Positions 59,287 to 64,000 of a stretch of DNA of 64,000 bases are shown piece by piece. Below the pieces are notes generated by a model, which saw only the letters and a list, made by a program, of their open reading frames with translations, ran no database searches and was not told the origin of the DNA. The DNA lies in assembly GCA_003556225.1 (NCBI GenBank), contig PWRN01000020.1:2436-66435 (forward strand). The letters are read 5' to 3'. The position numbers and the translations under genes were made by a program. Source of the stretch: Syntrophomonadaceae bacterium (lineage in GTDB: Bacteria; Bacillota; Dethiobacteria; DTU022; UBA8154). The number at the start of each line of letters is the position of its first letter. Position 1 is the first letter of the stretch.

Positions 59287-61257
59287 ATGGCTGAGAAAAA
59301 GAAAGAGAAAGATCGCAACCGTACGATAGACCCCGCTGCGTTGGAAGTATTGGCCAAGACAGAGGGCAACGGAGTAGAGTCGGTCTACGACCGATATTTG
59401 AACATGCAGCCCCAGTGCAACTACGGCAACGCCGGGGTTTGCTGCACTATCTGTATCCAGGGGCCCTGCCGCATCACCAAGAAAGCGTCCAAGGGCATCT
59501 GCGGTGCGGCCGGCTACACCATTGTGGCCCGCAACCTGGTTCGTTCTGTGCTGGGCGGAACTTCTGCTCACTCTGACCACGGTCTGCACACCACCCTGGC
59601 ATTAAGTGAGGTGGCCGAAGGTCATGCAAAGGATTACGGCATCACGGACCCGGAGAAGTTGAAAAGGGTGGCCGAGCGCATGGAGATCAGTACCGAGGGA
59701 CGTTCTGACCAGGAGATTCTAAAAGACCTGGTAAGCCTGGCCCTGGAGGATTTCAGCCGCATCAACGGCAAATACAACGCCTGGTTGGAAAAGACCGTCG
59801 TTCCTGAGCGCATTGAAAAATTCATAGAATGTAACATCATGCCCTACAGCATCCACCGCACTATCGCCGAATCCATGGCCCAGACGCACATGGGCATGGA
59901 CGCCGACCCGGTCAACCTGGTCTTCCAGGCCTTGAAAGCAGCCCTGTGCGACTATACCGGTATGCACATCGCTACCGACCTTTCCGACATTCTCTTCGGC
60001 ACTCCGTCCCCCAGTGTCAGCGAAGCGAACATGGGGGTATTGGAAGAAAACATGGTCAACATTGCCCTGCACGGCCACAACCCCATCTTGAGCGAGATGG
60101 TCGTCAAGGCCGCCCGGGAGATGCAAGACGAAGCCAAGGCTGTCGGTGCCGAAGGCATCAAATGCGTGGGCATCTGCTGCACCGGCAACGAGGTGCTCAT
60201 GCGGCAGGGCGTTGCCCCGCTGACCAACTTTTTGTCCCAGGAACTGGCCATCATGACCGGCGCCGTGGACGCCATGGTTGTCGACATCCAGTGCATCATG
60301 CCCGGCATCCAGTCTGTAGCGGAATGCTACCACACCAAGATCATCACCACCATTCCCAACGCCAAGATCCCCAGTTCATACTACATTGATTTCGATGAAA
60401 AAAGGGCCATGGAAAAAGCCAGAGAAATCGTCATGGTTGCCGTAGAAAACTTCAAAGAGCGTGACCCATCAAAAGTGAGCATACCCCAGATCAAAAACAA
60501 GCTTATTGCCGGTTTCAGCCTGGAGGCGTTTGAAGAACTTCTAGCTTCCGTGAACCCCGATGAGCCTTACAAGGTCATCACCGACGCCGTTGAGCAAGGT
60601 GAACTGGAGGGTCTGGTCCTTTTTGCCGGCTGCAACAACCTGAAAGTCCCGCATGACGAAAGTCACTATACCATCGCCGTAGAGCTGGCTAAAAACAATA
60701 TCTTGCCTGTGGCGACCGGGTGTGCCGCAGGAACCTATGCCAAGCTCGGTCTGCTCAACAGCGATGCTGTGGAAAAGTATGCCGGAGACGGGCTGAAGGC
60801 GTTCATCAACCGCTTGAACGAAGCCAACAAGGAGAAGCTGAAAGGTGAAAAGCTGCCGCTCATTTTCCACATGGGCTCCTGCGTGGACAACACCCGGGCC
60901 TACGACCTGATGACTGCCCTGGCCCGCCAGTGGAAAGTAGACACACCAAAGGTGCCCTACGCCGCCAGCGCCCCGGAAGCCATGAGTGAAAAGGCTGTTT
61001 CCATCGGCAGCTGGTGCGTCACCCTGGGTATGCCCGTCCACGTCGGCGTGGTTCCGCCCATCCCGGGCAGTCCCCTGGTCGACGGGATCGCCCTGCAGAT
61101 CGCTCAAGATGTCTATGGCGGCTACTTCATGTGGGAAGAAGACCCCAAGGAAGCTTCCCGCAAACTTCTCGAAGCCATCAAAGAGAGAACCTGGAAACTC
61201 CGCGTGCACAAAATGGCTGCAGAGAAATACGAAACGGACCTTTCCACTACCTGGTAA
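59287..61257 (+). CDS. cooS: anaerobic Ni-CO dehydrogenase catalytic subunit (AcsA-like)
   Basis: QPQC..G.CC..C..GPC, HGHNP, ICCTGNE, DIQC, GCNN, TGC, GSCVDN, SEKA. Confidence 0.96.
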   Translation: MAEKKKEKDRNRTIDPAALEVLAKTEGNGVESVYDRYLNMQPQCNYGNAGVCCTICIQGPCRITKKASKGICGAAGYTIVARNLVRSVLGGTSAHSDHGLHTTLALSEVAEGHAKDYGITDPEKLKRVAERMEISTEGRSDQEILKDLVSLALEDFSRINGKYNAWLEKTVVPERIEKFIECNIMPYSIHRTIAESMAQTHMGMDADPVNLVFQALKAALCDYTGMHIATDLSDILFGTPSPSVSEANMGVLEENMVNIALHGHNPILSEMVVKAAREMQDEAKAVGAEGIKCVGICCTGNEVLMRQGVAPLTNFLSQELAIMTGAVDAMVVDIQCIMPGIQSVAECYHTKIITTIPNAKIPSSYYIDFDEKRAMEKAREIVMVAVENFKERDPSKVSIPQIKNKLIAGFSLEAFEELLASVNPDEPYKVITDAVEQGELEGLVLFAGCNNLKVPHDESHYTIAVELAKNNILPVATGCAAGTYAKLGLLNSDAVEKYAGDGLKAFINRLNEANKEKLKGEKLPLIFHMGSCVDNTRAYDLMTALARQWKVDTPKVPYAASAPEAMSEKAVSIGSWCVTLGMPVHVGVVPPIPGSPLVDGIALQIAQDVYGGYFMWEEDPKEASRKLLEAIKERTWKLRVHKMAAEKYETDLSTTW

Positions 61258-61287
61258 GAGACGTCAACAGAGCATAAGCGCGGACAA

Positions 61288-61328
61288 AGGAGAAACGGGC
61301 CTTATTAACAACGGCCCGTTTCTTTTTT
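61288..61328 (+). terminator. intrinsic terminator after cooS
   Basis: AGAAACGGGCC/GGCCCGTTTCT then T tract. Confidence 0.8.
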
Positions 61329-61347
61329 CCTTTTATTCCATTTTCCC

Positions 61348-61399
61348 TTGACAGCGGAAGAAGGAGGTTTTATAATCATTGTTATACCCCATAGGGTAT
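61348..61399 (+). promoter_or_regulatory. sigma-A promoter with CsoR-family operator
   Basis: TTGACA-N17-TATAAT followed by ATACCC-CATA-GGGTAT (61384-61399). Confidence 0.8.
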
Positions 61400-61543
61400 G
61401 TGGGTTGTCCAAGAAGAAAATGGAGTTGATTTCAACGCGCCTGGTCTTGCACTGCAGTCTTATGATCAGTGTCGGGCAGCATAAAGAGCAATCAGGTTGG
61501 TTTGTGGTAGATCGAAATTATTATCTAGAAGGAGGGGGTCTTG

Positions 61544-62314
61544 ATGCGCAGCAGCACAAGTTCCGCGTCGTTGCCCGTGAAAACAAACAGGTCTTTTTCG
61601 CCTGTGCGGCGTTATGCCTGGATCTTCACCATCCTGGTGGGTCTGGGAGGACAGTTTGTTCCATCGCTCGGATTATTGGTGCCCTTTATTATGGCCGCCC
61701 TGGTGGGCACGAGCTTATTCAAGGGGAAATATTGGTGCGGGAACATTTGTCCCCACGGCAGTTTTTTCGATAACCTGCTTCAGCCCATCAGCCGCCAGGT
61801 AAAAATCCCGGAATTTCTTCGTTCGCGGCCGGTAGTCGGAGCAGTCCTGCTATTTTTTATCTACAACATGGCGAGCAGGTTTTGGAGTATTTATGGGACG
61901 ATGGGGGCTGACCCGTTGTATGAAAGATTGGGTTTTCTCTTCGCCAACACCTATCTCATGGTGCTGCTTATCGGGGGCTTGCTGGCGGTGGTTGTGAATC
62001 CCCGGACCTGGTGTGTCTTTTGCCCCATGGGGACCATGCAGGAAATGTTTTACAAGTTCGGCAGGCTGCTTGGCATCAATCACAAAACCGATCAAAGGGT
62101 TTCCCTTGTGTACCCTGAAAAATGCCGCTCCTGCGGTAAATGCAGCCTTGTTTGCCCCGTTCAGCTGGAACCCCACCTGAACCTGTCCACGACCAACCAG
62201 CTTGAAGATGAGAGGTGTATCCGCTGCAGTACATGCACCAGGAACTGCCCGGCTGGCCTCCTGCACATGGTTGCCGCAGATGAGAACGCAGACCAGAAAG
62301 CGGGGTGTGCCTAG
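61544..62314 (+). CDS. membrane-bound 4Fe-4S binding protein
   Basis: WCGNICPHG and WCVFCPMG plus two CxxCxxCxxxCP motifs; TM segments. Confidence 0.9.
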   Translation: MRSSTSSASLPVKTNRSFSPVRRYAWIFTILVGLGGQFVPSLGLLVPFIMAALVGTSLFKGKYWCGNICPHGSFFDNLLQPISRQVKIPEFLRSRPVVGAVLLFFIYNMASRFWSIYGTMGADPLYERLGFLFANTYLMVLLIGGLLAVVVNPRTWCVFCPMGTMQEMFYKFGRLLGINHKTDQRVSLVYPEKCRSCGKCSLVCPVQLEPHLNLSTTNQLEDERCIRCSTCTRNCPAGLLHMVAADENADQKAGCA

Positions 62315-62590
62315 ATGCAAGTTTCCGAGGATAAGAAAAAGGAGGTTTTGCACAGGCTTTCCCGCATGGAAGGGCAAGTGAGGGCTGTCCGTCGCATGAT
62401 CGAGGAAGGGGAGGACTGTGAAAAAATTGCGACTCAGCTCAGCGCGGTGCACTCCGCGTTGGAAGGGGCAACCAAGCTGGTTGTCGCCGGGTTTTTCCGC
62501 GAATGTATGCTGGAGAGCCTGGAAAAAGGGGAAAACCAGGAAGAAGCCATTAACCGGTTCGTTTCGCTACTGCTCAAGACGAGAATGTAA
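62315..62590 (+). CDS. CsoR/RcnR family regulator (x-C-x-C, CstR-like)
   Basis: RLSRMEGQVRAV..MIEE..DC..IATQLSAV; Cys35 and Cys64. Confidence 0.9.
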   Translation: MQVSEDKKKEVLHRLSRMEGQVRAVRRMIEEGEDCEKIATQLSAVHSALEGATKLVVAGFFRECMLESLEKGENQEEAINRFVSLLLKTRM

Positions 62591-62609
62591 TCTGCTTCAA
62601 AAACGCCCT

Positions 62610-62672
62610 CGCTACGCTCGCTCGAACAGCTTGACACGGCTTGCCGAAACACCTGCGCGCCTTTTGGTTCAG
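62610..62672 (+). repeat. dispersed ~64-bp extragenic repeat, copy B
   Basis: Aligns to 30892-30955. Confidence 0.6.
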
Positions 62673-63072
62673 AATAATCCCTTACTCGCTGGGAGAAAGT
62701 TGGGAAACGGGAGCGAGCCCGGGTTACACATCGTCGCCCTGTTCAATGTTTTCTGCCTGTAATGCCAGAACAAGCGGGTGGAAAACCATTTTTTTATGCG
62801 GGGTTTCTGTTGTTGGAAATCGCGAGAACGTGATATAATTGTTCTAATCATAAAGGCGGCGATCAAATGGAATCAACATCGCTGCTTTATGCCTGCTTTT
62901 TGCGGGAGCATCCGTGAGGCACCTAAGTAAGGGATATCAATGCTACAAGCAGGGCAGGTTTGCCGCGTTGCCGTCTTAAAGCGTAAAGAAACCCTGGATG
63001 CACAACGGAGTGCCTGGCGAAAAGCTTGATCGAAGCGTAGAGGTTGATACTTGAAGGGAGTGTCTCGCTCGC

Positions 63073-64000
63073 ATGAAGAAAAAAGCCATGATCGTCTTCT
63101 TTTGCCTTTTACTGGTGTTAATTCTCGCCTTTTCCGGCTGTGGTAGACCAGTAGTTCGCGACGATGACGTGGACCGGCCCCCGGAGGTCGGGGATGACTG
63201 GCCCGGCTCTGTCACGATGGGAACAGCCCTGGCCGGGGGGGTATATTTTTTCTACGGCACCGGGACCGGCAGCTTAATCGACGAACTGGTCGGTATGCCT
63301 GTCTATATCGAACAAACCGGGGGGCCGGCGGATAACATGCGCCTGGTCCACCAGGGCACCCTCGATCTGGGCATGATCACCATGGGCATCGGGTACCAGG
63401 CCTGGGAAGGCCAGCAAGGAACAGCCTTCGAAGGGGATGAGCAGCGAAACGTGCGGGCCATGTTCCCCATGTACAGCACCTATTCCCACTGGTGGGCCCA
63501 TAAAGATGATGGCATCACTTCTATGCGTGACCTGGCAGGAAAGCGGGTTGGCGTGGGCCCGACCGGGGGAACACCGGGGACCTATCATCCCCTCATTCTT
63601 GAGGCCCTGGGCATCGAGGCTGAGCCGGTATGGGGTTCCTTGAGCGACCTGGTTGCAAGCCACCTGGAAGGACAGCTTGATGCCAACAGCTTTGCTGCGG
63701 GGCTTCCTGTCGGCGGTCTCTTGAGCTATGCGTCAAACGTCGGTTTTGATCACATCGTCATGCTGCCCATCGATGGTCCTGACCGGACGGCGGTGTTGGA
63801 AGCATTTCCTTTCTGGGAGCCAGCCACTATCCCGGCGGATGCGTACGACTTCCTGGATGAAGACCTGGAAACCATCTCTGTCTTTAACTGGGCGATTTGC
63901 CATAAAGACCTCCCCGAAGACCTGGTTTATCAAATGGTGGATGCCGTTATGACCAACCATAACCGGATGATGAACATTCATGACGCGGCCCGGGAGACCG
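63073..64000 (+). CDS. TAXI family TRAP transporter solute-binding lipoprotein (3'-truncated)
   Basis: MKKKA..LAFSGC lipobox; GTALAGGVYF, TGGPADN, DLAGKRVGVG; runs off window. Confidence 0.88.
   Translation, partial: MKKKAMIVFFCLLLVLILAFSGCGRPVVRDDDVDRPPEVGDDWPGSVTMGTALAGGVYFFYGTGTGSLIDELVGMPVYIEQTGGPADNMRLVHQGTLDLGMITMGIGYQAWEGQQGTAFEGDEQRNVRAMFPMYSTYSHWWAHKDDGITSMRDLAGKRVGVGPTGGTPGTYHPLILEALGIEAEPVWGSLSDLVASHLEGQLDANSFAAGLPVGGLLSYASNVGFDHIVMLPIDGPDRTAVLEAFPFWEPATIPADAYDFLDEDLETISVFNWAICHKDLPEDLVYQMVDAVMTNHNRMMNIHDAARET

Noticed and set aside
63015-63030. Sigma-54-like TGGC-N7-TTGA upstream of the TAXI gene
   Set aside because: The -12 GC is not conserved and a good extended -10 promoter exists upstream.

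Overview
A chromosomal segment from a moderately GC-rich, probably anaerobic Bacillota (Firmicutes) bacterium; the lineage is inferred from gene order and content. Positions 1-17.4 kb hold the S10-spc-alpha ribosomal superoperon (rplB partial through rplQ, with adk missing), ecfA1-ecfA2-ecfT-truA and rplM-rpsI. Positions 17.6-28 kb are mixed: an archaeal-type geranylgeranylglyceryl-phosphate synthase homologue with altered motifs, a chromate transporter pair, a MenA/UbiA prenyltransferase, a putative glycoside hydrolase lipoprotein and lemA-htpX. Positions 28-38.5 kb are a beta-oxidation locus (fadN-fadA-fadE) bracketed by two close MarR paralogues, next to an acyl-CoA ligase that lacks the catalytic A10 lysine. 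The AmmeMemoRadiSam trio and cdaA-cdaR-glmS (no glmM) follow. A Tn7-end-like sequence starts exactly 25 bp after the glmS stop. The last 19 kb are accessory and metabolic: a TetR-permease unit, a core MetE-like protein, SLC13-ttdAB, Mrp, a STAS pseudogene, a transposase fragment, SRAP, a BtuF-like protein, an orphan AcsA-type CO dehydrogenase, a CstR-like regulator with its operator, and a partial TAXI protein. I saw no tRNA, rRNA or CRISPR array. All family calls come from motif recognition by eye; no database searches were run.
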